The notes beneath the pieces are model-generated. The model did not search any database, had not been told where the DNA came from, and worked only from the letters and a program-made list of their open reading frames with translations. The translations under genes were made by a program, and so were the position numbers. 64,000 nt of DNA from Cirrosporium novae-zelandiae (taxonomy: Eukaryota), in assembly GCA_026023565.1 (NCBI GenBank), contig JAPETS010000003.1, positions 806,001-870,000 of the forward strand, read 5' to 3'. This document shows, piece by piece, positions 40,431 to 51,160 of the stretch; positions within the stretch are counted from its first letter, which is position 1, and every line of letters begins with the position of its first letter.

Positions 40431-42069
40431 TTATACCGAGGATTGGTAGATACGAGAGAAATTAATGAAATTTTCCCTTTCTGCATCCTTAGTGTACTTC
40501 CCTGCATGCTTATTCTTAAGGTGTCTTGCGAAACAACCGCGCCTCGTATATTCCTTCTCTGACTTATTACAACCCGGTACGCCACATTGGAAAAGGCTAC
40601 CTGTTGTATACCGCTCCCACATTGAGCTATCAGTTTCTAGCCTAGCCCGACGATGATCTACAAGCCTTTGAGCACATTCGTGGATGTTTCTTTGAACATC
40701 CGATTTTGCAAGTTCTAGACGTGTCTTCTCCCGTATATAATCCAAAGTACTCTGACCTTGGCCGCGATCATCTTTCCATTCGTCAAGAGAAACAACTCCC
40801 ATTCCATCGCGGACGTTAAATCGACGATAAAATATCTTTGTAATTTGAGTTGTTACGAGTGCTGAGTCATGGCCTTGGTTTGAACTTGTTGTCATTCTCT
40901 TCATGAATTCAGACAGCATCTTTATATTTTGAAAACCTAGAACTCTTTTACGGTGAGAGATCCTGAGCTTGTCGTGATTTCCGGTTCCTATACCAATAAG
41001 GATCTCGATCATGTCATAGCATGGATCTCCGTGTGTGCCGCCAATCATTGCTGCGACATCATTACAGGCCACTGAGCTTGGATTATTGGTGCCAAATCCG
41101 CCGTCCAAGAAAAGCATACCACGGAGCTCTTTGGGTTCGAAATAAAAAGGAGCTGCCGCTGTGGCTGCAGCAGCATCGGCAATTTTTACATCATGCCCTT
41201 CTCCAGCGTTGTAGATCGTATTGTTATCTTCGTAATTTCGTTTCGGGGGTATTTTATATGTCCGAAAGAGATACGGCATAAAATTACCGTCTTTTTCCCG
41301 ACAAGCTATGACAGCTCTGGCTGTGTTAGGTTTCGCGCGGAGTAGGGATATTGAAAATGGCTTACGATTTGCACAAATCCTTGGGTGCCTCCATCCTTGC
41401 AACAGCGCGGAGTTCTTTGTTTGGCGTAGATCTGCGCCTCTGGATAACTTGCTCGACACAGCTTTCGAGTCTTTTTAAGTCATATTTTGCCCTTCCAATT
41501 ATCCAACGCCCGTATACAAACCGTGAGGCACCAAATACTTCTCCACCGAAGTCTTCAAATGCTCCAAGTGTCTCGTCGACAGACATTCGCAGCCGTCCAA
41601 GCATGAGACTAATTAAACTGAGGCAGTCTTGTTAGTTGTAGTTCATATCAGCTAGAAGGACCGGGTTACCCTCCAGTGCTTGTCCCAAAGATATAATCGA
41701 AGTAGTGGCAGGGCAAATATCGATTTAATTCGTTTTCTCTGCCATTTTCTTGGGGCTCTTGAAAAGTCATTACTTCTTGAGGTGTCCGCTCAGGTGTATG
41801 TGAAAAACAATAGCTTGAATTATGGGGAACTTCCTGTACTCGCTCCAATTCCATTACCTTTTCCATAAGGTCTTTGAGTATTAGAAGACTTGAGTAGCCT
41901 TTAATACCTCCCCCATCTAAAGATAAACGTGAACCAGTTTGCATTTAAAGTGTGAGAAATAGGGCTTACCAAAGCTTAAGATGGCTGGCCTCCTCCAAGG
42001 GTTTCGAGATAGAGAGACGTCAGAATCCTGCCATTTCCCAGGCGTACCAGGGGTACTTGGTTCACCCAT
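40431..42069 (-). CDS. Patatin-like phospholipase, copy 1 (~494 aa; exons 42069-41970, 41916-41670, 41617-41366, 41316-40431), C-terminal C2H2-like finger
   Basis: DGGGIKG, FDYIFGTSTGG (GxSxG), FLDGGFGTNNP (catalytic Asp), CGVPGC...RHLKNKH. The spliced length is a multiple of 3 with no internal stop. Confidence 0.9.
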
Positions 42070-43977
42070 GGCCTTAGTGATGATGCTCAATTATCTTGGG
42101 TGTTTAATTTACCGAATAAGCAAGAACGACACAGTGATCCTAGATTTCTATATGGCTATAATACAGCATACTTAATATATCCTTATAGCTATTGGAAGAG
42201 CCCACCCATTGTTGTAAGATCGGAAAGGAGCTGGAAGCAACTCAGCAAGGCTGTAGTTCACATGCATACCCTAAATTCTTGACCATTGAGATTGACAGCG
42301 GAAAAGATCGACATTGTAGACTGGATGTCCGTTTTTGTTCACGACATCAGTATTCTGTGTGGGGCTCCAACTCCTAGGCTGAGCAATATCAAGGCCGCAT
42401 GAACTTGATATCAACCATGTCTTCCCAATCTGCATAGCTCCAAGGCACGCAAGAATTTCTTATAGGCTTGAGAAGCGAAAAATGTTGGGAAGCCCTCGAT
42501 GTATATTTAGGAGCCCAGAAGGAAGAGGCTACCATAGAATACCAGTCTGAATATTTATGTCACTTAAACATCATTGCATTTGAGAGAATACCTCCAAGAG
42601 GCCATAGCCTTAGGCACGTAAGAACTACAGTTGCCCTAAAAAAAGGACTTTAATCATGGTATCAACAGAAAGGAGGAAATGGCGCATAAAAAGTTGGCAT
42701 GGTTTAGCCTGCTAACTATTTAATGTCTCACATGATTGGATCCTCAGGTTATGGTTGTCACACCAATTTACCGTGCTGCTTCGATATTGAATTGAAACTT
42801 ATCCGTCTTTTATTGATTACAACTTGATACGGTCACTAAGACCATATACTAGGGTTCATGCCCTAATCTAGCGTGTGCGCCACACTTGATAGATAGAGGC
42901 CTCTACTCAGGAAGTAAGTCACCATATCCACACCAGTTATATACCCCTAGATTTGTGCTTTAATGAGCCCAAGCCCTAAGTGTTGTAACGCAAATAGTTT
43001 GGTATTAAAATTGGTACCATTAGTTTCCAAATAATAAATTAATAATTAGCTGAATAGTTCGTCAAAATAAGTAGAATAGTTCATAGTCCTACAACCATTT
43101 GATAAGATAGGATAGCGCGGATAATATTACCAAGTATGTAATTATATGATGACGCCATGTCATCCTGAGTGCTTGTAGAACAGGGGGGCTGACACACACT
43201 ACTAATGACCCTTTGAATAAATGACAGCGTGATAAGGCTAGGTGACTACTAGGATATTCGCTAGTGTCAACCCCGACACCTTTACGGTAGCACGTGGGTA
43301 GATAGTTTTAATTTTCGTTGTCACTAGGAATAGCACTGTCCAATTGAATTGATGAAGAAACGAGTTAACAAACAAGGGTCATAACACAAAGGAGGCGATC
43401 GCCGGGCATCGTATCTGTAGAGGGCGGGAGGGATCATTCGCGATGAAGGGTTCTGCAATAGTACAGCGTTACGCAAGCCCTCCTGGACATGAACGACCCC
43501 ACACCTATGGAGAAAATAGGATTCTGGCTTAGCATGCCCTCTACATCGTGCATAGTAGGTTGTCAACTAGATCACACAATAGAACTTAGTTCTATAGATA
43601 AGCATTAGCAAGATTTTATCACTTTTGTAATTTAAGTAGTAGGGTGTGGTGAGCTGAAAATTCTAGGTTAGAATGAATCTGATACAGAAAGCCATACTAT
43701 GCACTAGCATTGTATAATCCATAAACCAGAGAGGGCGTTAAATGACATCGTTTTAGCTGGACTGCCTTGCCCCTCGAGTGATTATTCCGCTGCCTTTGGC
43801 TATTAAACTTCGGGGTAACGGAACTGTTTTCTCTTATCACACGCATGATTGACATAGCGAGCAGGTTTAAAATCCTTGATGTAGACGCCCAAGTATACCA
43901 CCCCAGAATCAGCTTAATCTTTCATCTTTCAATCTAGCAAGCCAAGAAACCAGCCTTCCTAAAGATTAGCATCAACA

Positions 43978-44367
43978 ATGTCGAATAAACCAAGAAGAAG
44001 TTCTCGGGGGAGCATTGTCTTCGATCCGGCACACCAAATAGTGAGAAAAGGCGATTTTGAGGAAGGTATGTGACCTTTGGAGCCTATATCACTGTTATAC
44101 TTACTTACATATGTAGCTGCAAACTACATGAAAGTTGATATTCCAACTAGATGGGGCGACAAGTTCGATATTTACGTCGACCGTTGGTCAGAGGGTGGCC
44201 CAAAGTTCATCATGGCTAGTGATCCAACTGGCATAGGCGGCCAAGATTACCTAGCAACTATCAATCTCCATAATATTCATAAATGGAAACGCGTGACGAA
44301 GCAAGTGACAACGATCGCTGTGATAGGAGAGATACCACGAATCACTAGCCAGAAAGGTTCAACTTGA
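43978..44367 (+). CDS. Small unknown protein, copy 1 (112 aa; exons 43978-44065, 44117-44367)
   Basis: caacaATG context, 51-nt gtatgt...tag intron, and a clear paralog at 50412-50832 with the same intron position and phase. Confidence 0.8.
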
Positions 44368-45429
44368 ATCATCATAGAAATAGCGTAAACAACCTTTTTA
44401 ATTAAGCATTTGAAGCTCGCTAATGCAATGGGGCTAGGGTATTAGCATGACCGCATGCTATGAGTACCACTCTTCCGTTTTCAAGATAATATTAATGTGG
44501 AATCTTATTTGCCCTTGGCTTCAATATATCTCCATAGGTTCATTTATTCGTGTGTAATGTGTAGAAGTAAAGTGATGTTAGCACTACCAGGTGATAGTAA
44601 ATATGTCTAAATAGTTAGTCTGGTTGCTGTGGAAAGAGGACCGAAAACAATGCGGTGTACTGTACAATAGAGATGGCATTAGAAATAATAGGAACTAGGC
44701 TGTAGTAATAGGAGATGAATAAAAAGGCTTTGGCAAAAGTATATTGAAATATTAGCTAGCGTACTTGCAATCATTCTTAGGTAGCAGAATATCCATCTGC
44801 CTTCCGTGTTGACTAGAAGGTTATCGAAAACGTTGAAGTATCCTTCATGAAAAGCTACGGGAAGCTAGGGTAGTCCTTGACGGTGTGGTATATATTTACT
44901 ATTATTAATTACTAGTAGATAACTAGCTAAAAAATAACCTTAATCTATAATATTTTTCTCCATTATGAATTTAGTATCTGAGCACCTTGGGCCCAGTCAT
45001 GTTTACCATATTCTGGTGCCTGGTGTTAAGACGTGATAGAGATCTGGCATCTGCATTTTTACTTTGTCAATCCCTGAAATGTTTGAACAGACCCACATTT
45101 TGACTAGGGTCTAATTTGGCTGTATTTTAACCAATAATTTCCAGTTTCGGTGTCTCTTTTCCCTCCTCTGTGGCCCCCTTCACTGTAAATCATGGAAATA
45201 TGACAGAAATTAATGAAAATGGTATATTTTTCATAGGTTTAATTCTACATCTTTACCCAAAGTAACAATTTAGATAAGATAAAGCCACGTATAGATTAGA
45301 TAAGGAGCATTAGCTATCGTGCCGTCGACATCCCCACCCCATAACATAATACGCATACATTATGGTATGGCTATCGAAACCTAGAAGCCCTACGGCCCTA
45401 CCACTGGAGTCCGAGGGATACAAGGCTAA

Positions 45430-45945
45430 GGCATAACATCCATTAAATGGGGGCTAGCCGTAGTCAAAGCTTTATATGAGAAACCTCAGATATGCACATT
45501 TGTGAATAATATCAGATTGCCATAGCCTCTCTCAAAATGAAAAAAACCTGCTCTCAGAAATTTTATGGATGCTTCAACCCCTTATCTTGGCGCGCTAGAA
45601 TGCATTGTTCGGTCTCTAGGAAATGACCGGAATCAATTGATAGCTGAATTTGGAAAGGCTAAAGGATCTATGAGCATGCGGCTGTTGTTGAATGAGGTAA
45701 GCGCCTGAATTACGAGTCGCATTTCCCTCAGCTGGGCTATACTGATTATCCTACAATCTTTGACTCCGTCCCTTCCCTGCTTTCTATTTGCAACCTAGAG
45801 GATGCCGGAACCAGATGACCATGATGGTGCTGGTGATTCATTTTATTGCTCACACCGCCCTTGGGCTATGACTGACATCAGTCGGATGACCATTCAATGT
45901 ATTTTGACATGCATCTTGGTAGACATGTTGATTTAGTATCTATCG
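45430..45945 (+). pseudogene. Degenerate coding relic with a paralogous relic at ~52400-52655
   Basis: Stop-interrupted frame ...MDASTPYLGALECIVRSLGNDRNQLIAEFGKAKGSMSMRLLLNE|gtaag, then SDDHSMYFDMHLGRHVDLVSI, versus SDDH*MYIDLRFGREIDLVPI at ~52595. Confidence 0.45.
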
Positions 45946-45960
45946 TTGACGGGGTTAAGA

Positions 45961-46634
45961 ATTGACTAGACCAAATAGACAATCTGACGTAGACAGACTA
46001 GACCAACCAGACCGACCAGACCTTGATTGCCCCAAGTCTATCCGGTCTATATAAATACGAATTATATGGTAGGGGGAAGATTTTTGTGGTGTTGAAGTTT
46101 TGGGGGGGAATTTGGGGGATTTAGGGGATGTCGGAGTTCGGAATCTTCGAATTTTGGGTTTAACTTAAAGCCAAAAAGATATAATCTACTCCCCCACGTG
46201 CCCCCATATAGCCCTGAATACCTACCCGTTGTGCCCCTGACTGAGCTTGCAACTGAGGTTTCTACTGAGGCTCTGACTGAGATCCTGACTGAACTTCTGA
46301 CTGAGCTTCTGATTGAGGCTCGCACTGAGCATTCTACTGGGTATTTCATTGAATGTTTTATTGAACATTTGACTAAATTTTTAATTCTAGATATCTAAAA
46401 ACCCAAGTTTGGCCTCGAATTCCTTGCGTATACAATCTTATATTATAATTGGGAAAAGGTTGGGAATTGAAAACAATAAGTAAGGGAATACTATTTGGTG
46501 GGGGGTAAAAGTCAACACCAAAACTTCCGCCAAGACCTTGATTTATATATTATATAATTATCAACTAACCAATTAAACCCCTGTTACGCTATGTGACTGG
46601 ACGGTCTATAAACCGTCTATTTGGTCTAGTCTAT
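45961..46634. mobile_element. Non-autonomous TIR element (MITE-like) with an internal 12-bp tandem repeat
   Basis: attgactagaccaaatagac (45961-45980) matches the reverse complement of 46615-46634 at 19/20. Sub-terminal agacc repeats and an internal actgagcttctg-type array at ~46235-46345. Confidence 0.65.
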
Positions 46635-47096
46635 TGACAACACTAGTAATTAATCCCTAGGTAGTTAATAGTTTTTGTTTTATATCTATGTATTGAGTAT
46701 TGGAGCCTAAGGTGCACTCTCGTTGCGGTTCTTTTGTGTTCGATGTAGTTTTGACCTGATCGAGGTCATCGTTGGTATACTCATTTGGTGATGGAAGTGG
46801 GATGCTATTAATTAGCTTAAGTGTAACGCTGTCGTTAAGAGATTTGATTATGCGGTGCTAATCCCTGAGATAATGACCCACCAAAGGTAAACAGTCATTT
46901 AATGTTGGTTGGTTCATAATTAGCCTAGCTTATGAAAGTATAATGATATTTGGATATAGTTAAGGTTAAATATATGCATATTCCAACATCAGGCCAAGTA
47001 AATAGGAATAGGAGTTTAAGTCAAAAAACATGGAATATTTGAAATTGACTTTTGAAAAAGTGGGAAAATATGCAAGTGCAGTAGAAAAATAACATC

Positions 47097-48619
47097 CTAT
47101 TCCCCATTCCATTCATGCCGGCATTTATCAACGAATTCGTCAAATTCCTTATCATTCCCCATTGTATGATGGTGGGAGACATGTCTTCTGAAAGAAGTGC
47201 GACTGGTATATTCCTTCTCCCATTTAGAGCATCCTGGGATATCGCAATAGAACATCCCGCATCTTGTATAGCGCTCCCACCGTGAACTGTCAACATGTAT
47301 CCTAGCTCGACGAAGACTTACGAGCGCTTCGGCACATTCATCGAGCATAGCTCTAACATCCGTGTTATTGAGTTCAATGATTGTTTGAGTTTCAATATAT
47401 TCTAGGGTGGACGGACTCCCGTTGCGACGCTCATTCCATTGATCTAGGGACACACACCCCATTCCTTGTTGCACGTTAAATCGGTAATAAGGTACGCCAT
47501 GTGAACTTAAAATTTTGCGGGTTCCTTTGTCATCTGAGGATGAAACCATTCTCTTCATGAACGTAGTAAGTTTCCACATATTCAAAATGGGTAGCCAGCT
47601 TTCAGAGGGAGAGTCCTGGACTAAATCGCGTTTCCCTGTTCCAATACTAATGAAGAGTCTGATCTGTCTATAGGGGTGACCGCCAGCTCGGCCGCCTATC
47701 ATGGCTGCAACGTCGTCACAAGCTACCCCGCCTGGGTTGTTATTGCCAAATCCTCCATCTATAAAAAATGTCCCCTGAACCATTTTTGGCGTGAAATAAA
47801 ATGGAGCAGCTGCTGTGGCTGCAGCGGCTTCTGAAATCCTTACATCGTATCCTTCTCCGGGGTTAAGTACTAGTATGGAGTTATTATGGTGTTTGTGTCT
47901 TCGAGGCTGTACGTATGTGCGGAAGAGATAAGGCTTATACTGGCCATCTTTTTGTCGGCAGGCGACTAGAACTCTAAATATGTCAGTCCCCATAATTAAT
48001 CGTGATATTTGAAATAGCTTACGACTTGCATAAATCTCGAGGCGCTTGCATTCTAATAGGGGAATTAAGCTCCCTATCTGACTCCGGAAGGTAATTCTTT
48101 GCGACAGTTTCAACGCATTTTTCAAGTTTCTTTTGGCTATATTTGGCCCGTCCAGTTATGAATTGACCATGTACAATTCGTGGTGTACCAAAAACCTCTC
48201 CGCCTAGCTCCCGGAATTGGATAAGGCATTGATCAACAGACATCCGTAAGCGTCCAAGCATAAGACTGATCAAGCTGGAAGAGCATTGTCAGTGCCATCA
48301 CAAACATAGGGGAGGGGTTGTTTTACCCCCCAGTACTTGTTCCGAAGATATAATCAAAATAATGACAGGGCATATACTGGTTTACATCAACTTCCTGATC
48401 GAAAGGACAATAACTTGAGTTATGAGTATCTCCATAGTTTCCACTTCGTTCTAGGGCATTTATTCTCTCCATAAGACTCCTCAGTATGAGAAGGCTTGAG
48501 TAACCCTTGATCCCACCTCCATCTAAAGACACATCAGCCCGGTTCCACCAACAGATATATGTAAGCAGCTTACCAAAACATAAGACGACTGGTGTTTCCC
48601 AGGGATTTTGCTCTGTCAT
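47097..48619 (-). CDS. Patatin-like phospholipase, copy 2 (~456 aa; exons 48619-48574, 48522-48327, 48274-48023, 47973-47097), C-terminal C2H2-like finger
   Basis: DGGGIKG, FDYIFGTSTGG, FIDGGFGNNNP, CDIPGC...RHVSHHH. The three introns are at the same positions as in copy 1. Confidence 0.9.
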
Positions 48620-50411
48620 AGTATTAGGTGCTCCGTGATATTGGAAATATCATTTTATGAAATAGAGAAAATACTAGTCTGTGATCTAAGGCAATTATAA
48701 CACAGCTTGTATAATATATATGTTCACTACTATCAGCAGAAATATATCCGGTTTCGAGGCTTGTCCTGAGCTGAAGAAATTTGCCATAAGGCTGCAACTC
48801 CGAAGCATTTTCAAATTTTCAACTATCGACATGAATAACAGCTAGGTTCGGGATCTTTTATGCAGCGGTATCTCCTCATCACAGCGGGAATATGGTGGCT
48901 GGGGGTTTTAGCTCCATGATTGAGCAATGGTAAAACTCGTGCTACCCATATTTTAATATGAATATCCCTGAGATGCACCCTTGAATTTATAGGCTTGCAG
49001 TATGGCAGACGCGAGAGGTTTCAATACAACATTTAGATTTGAAGGAGTCCATGCATGAACCATTCGTCCACTCATCCTTATCAGGTATTTTCTTATCTAT
49101 GCCATCAACCTTTCCCGTTCAAGTAGATGAATTGAATAAAGACATAGATTTGGTAGGCGAGTGGCGTAGATATATAGGTAAGTAGCCATAGTAGCGTGAG
49201 TAACGAAGTAATCCAATATATATATGTTCGTTGCTTAGATCCTCCGTAAGCCTAGTTACTACTTGAGTAGTGTAAGGAATCGATAAGACCTACTAGAAAA
49301 CTTTCAAATAATAATTTATTATACGAAGTATACCCTATCTCATAACAGTCCCGCTCCTAGGTCCCCGATGACAGGTAACCACTCAGCCTGCTCTGTAGTC
49401 TTACGCTGAAGAAGAATTTAATGGACAACAACACTCATCCATTTTTTAATTATTCAAGATGGCCCATATTTTGAAAAGAAAGCTGGTCTGCAAGCTAAGG
49501 AAAGTACAACATAAGCAGTAAATTGCTATTGAAGAGTTTCTTTTAGAAGGAAGCTGCAATTATTATCTACTAGACGGGTCACCATTGGCGCACGCTAGCA
49601 GGGTGTTATGTAAGGATTATAATAGGTCAGATAACCATTTTCAGGTAGAGTCAGGCATCAAGCTCTTTGATGAATAGTATTGAGCCTTAAACTCTTATCA
49701 TTGGATCAATCAACCTTTCACCATTACATTGGTGCATGAGCAGTCGTGTGGTACGGATCCTTTGTGTTACCCTAGGCGAGGCAACGAAAATTGCTCAAAA
49801 TGTATTCGAGGATAATTATATGAGCTAGACTAACCCCGCAAGGCTGTAACAAGGCCCTTCCCCATTCTAGGGTTCATTACCGAACAGAACAAGACTTGGT
49901 GTTACCCTCATCTTTTAAGAGTCAGAAACTAATAGCACTTTCAGTTGTACTATTGTGAAAGAGTTGTAGGTTTGAGCATTTAGATAGGGCTGTGGGGGGT
50001 TCTCCGCAGCGCCCCCGCTCTCGCATACCAAGAGTTTTCCGGATAGGGTTAGTCCCCGCATTCGGTGCCCTAGGCAGCCAAAAACATGTAACTCTTTCAT
50101 ACTATGACTTCATTTTCCTAGCAAGACGATGAATAGGAATCATCTGCCATCTGCGCAGTTCCGATATGTTTTGTTCTCCAATAGCTGAAAACCTAATGAA
50201 AAAAATGGCATCCTGACATGAATATTGTGGCGGCCTATTATCCCAGCCGCATACGTTTTCGGAGCTTCGTGTTCCATATTAGCGACGGCCTTATGATTAG
50301 ATCAATACATTCCTCTATCGAGATAGATATAGGAAACTGTTACCCCTTGTCGGTTCCGACCAGTTCGTCATTCTATCTAAATATTTGATATTCTAGCCAC
50401 TTATTCCAACA

Positions 50412-50832
50412 ATGCCCACCACCTCTCAAGAAAACAACGAGGAGCGCATCATATTTGATCTATCACAGCAAACGGTGAAGAAAGACCGTCTTAAACAGGG
50501 TGGGTTACGTTATTGGCATCTTGTCGAAACTATACTCACCTTACATAGACGCAACATACACGCGAGCCGAAATTCCAACACGATGGGGTAACATATTCGA
50601 CGTATATGTTGACCGCTGGTCCGACGAGGGCCCAAAAATTACCATGGCCCGAAGCCCAGGATATCTAAGTGGTCAATATTATCTGGCCACAATAAACCTT
50701 CATGGTCTCGACAAATGGAAACGAATTACTAAGAAAGTGAAGTCTATCGATATTATGGGGGATATCCCAACGATCCCAAAGTCCAACATCGAGGAACAAG
50801 AAGCTCAACCGGCTTATAATAGGCCAACCTAA
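50412..50832 (+). CDS. Small unknown protein, copy 2 (123 aa; exons 50412-50499, 50549-50832)
   Basis: caacaATG context, 49-nt intron, 41/66 identical residues to copy 1 over the core IPTRWG...GDIP. Confidence 0.8.
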
Positions 50833-51127
50833 GATCTTGAGACACTGAATTTTGTTTTGAATTATCAACGGCTATTCTATGTCCGGGGTTAGCTACGTTA
50901 CTTGACATATATATTTGCCTAACTAGATGGGCTGAAGGATTCTGGAAATTGGTATATCTAAACATCTTATTTGTTTCAAACTAGGTTGGCGTTAGAGGGG
51001 TGAATAAATTGATGATTAGGCCCGGAATCTATTTTATATTTTGTAGTAGTTTATGCGTTCTATATGGTGTTAGGATGATAGTAACTTACTCCTGTGTCTG
51101 GAGATATTAGGCATAGCAGGGAAAGCA

Positions 51128-51160
51128 ACAGACCAGACCGCCTATTTGGTCTAGTCTATT
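51128..51160. repeat. Short remnant of the TIR of the 45961-46634 element
   Basis: ctatttggtctagtctatt (51142-51160) equals the right TIR sequence, preceded by agaccagacc. Confidence 0.6.

Noticed and set aside
46062..46398. Two overlapping ORFs with SVR/TEL tetrapeptide repeats
   Set aside because: By-product of a 12-bp DNA tandem repeat inside a TIR element.
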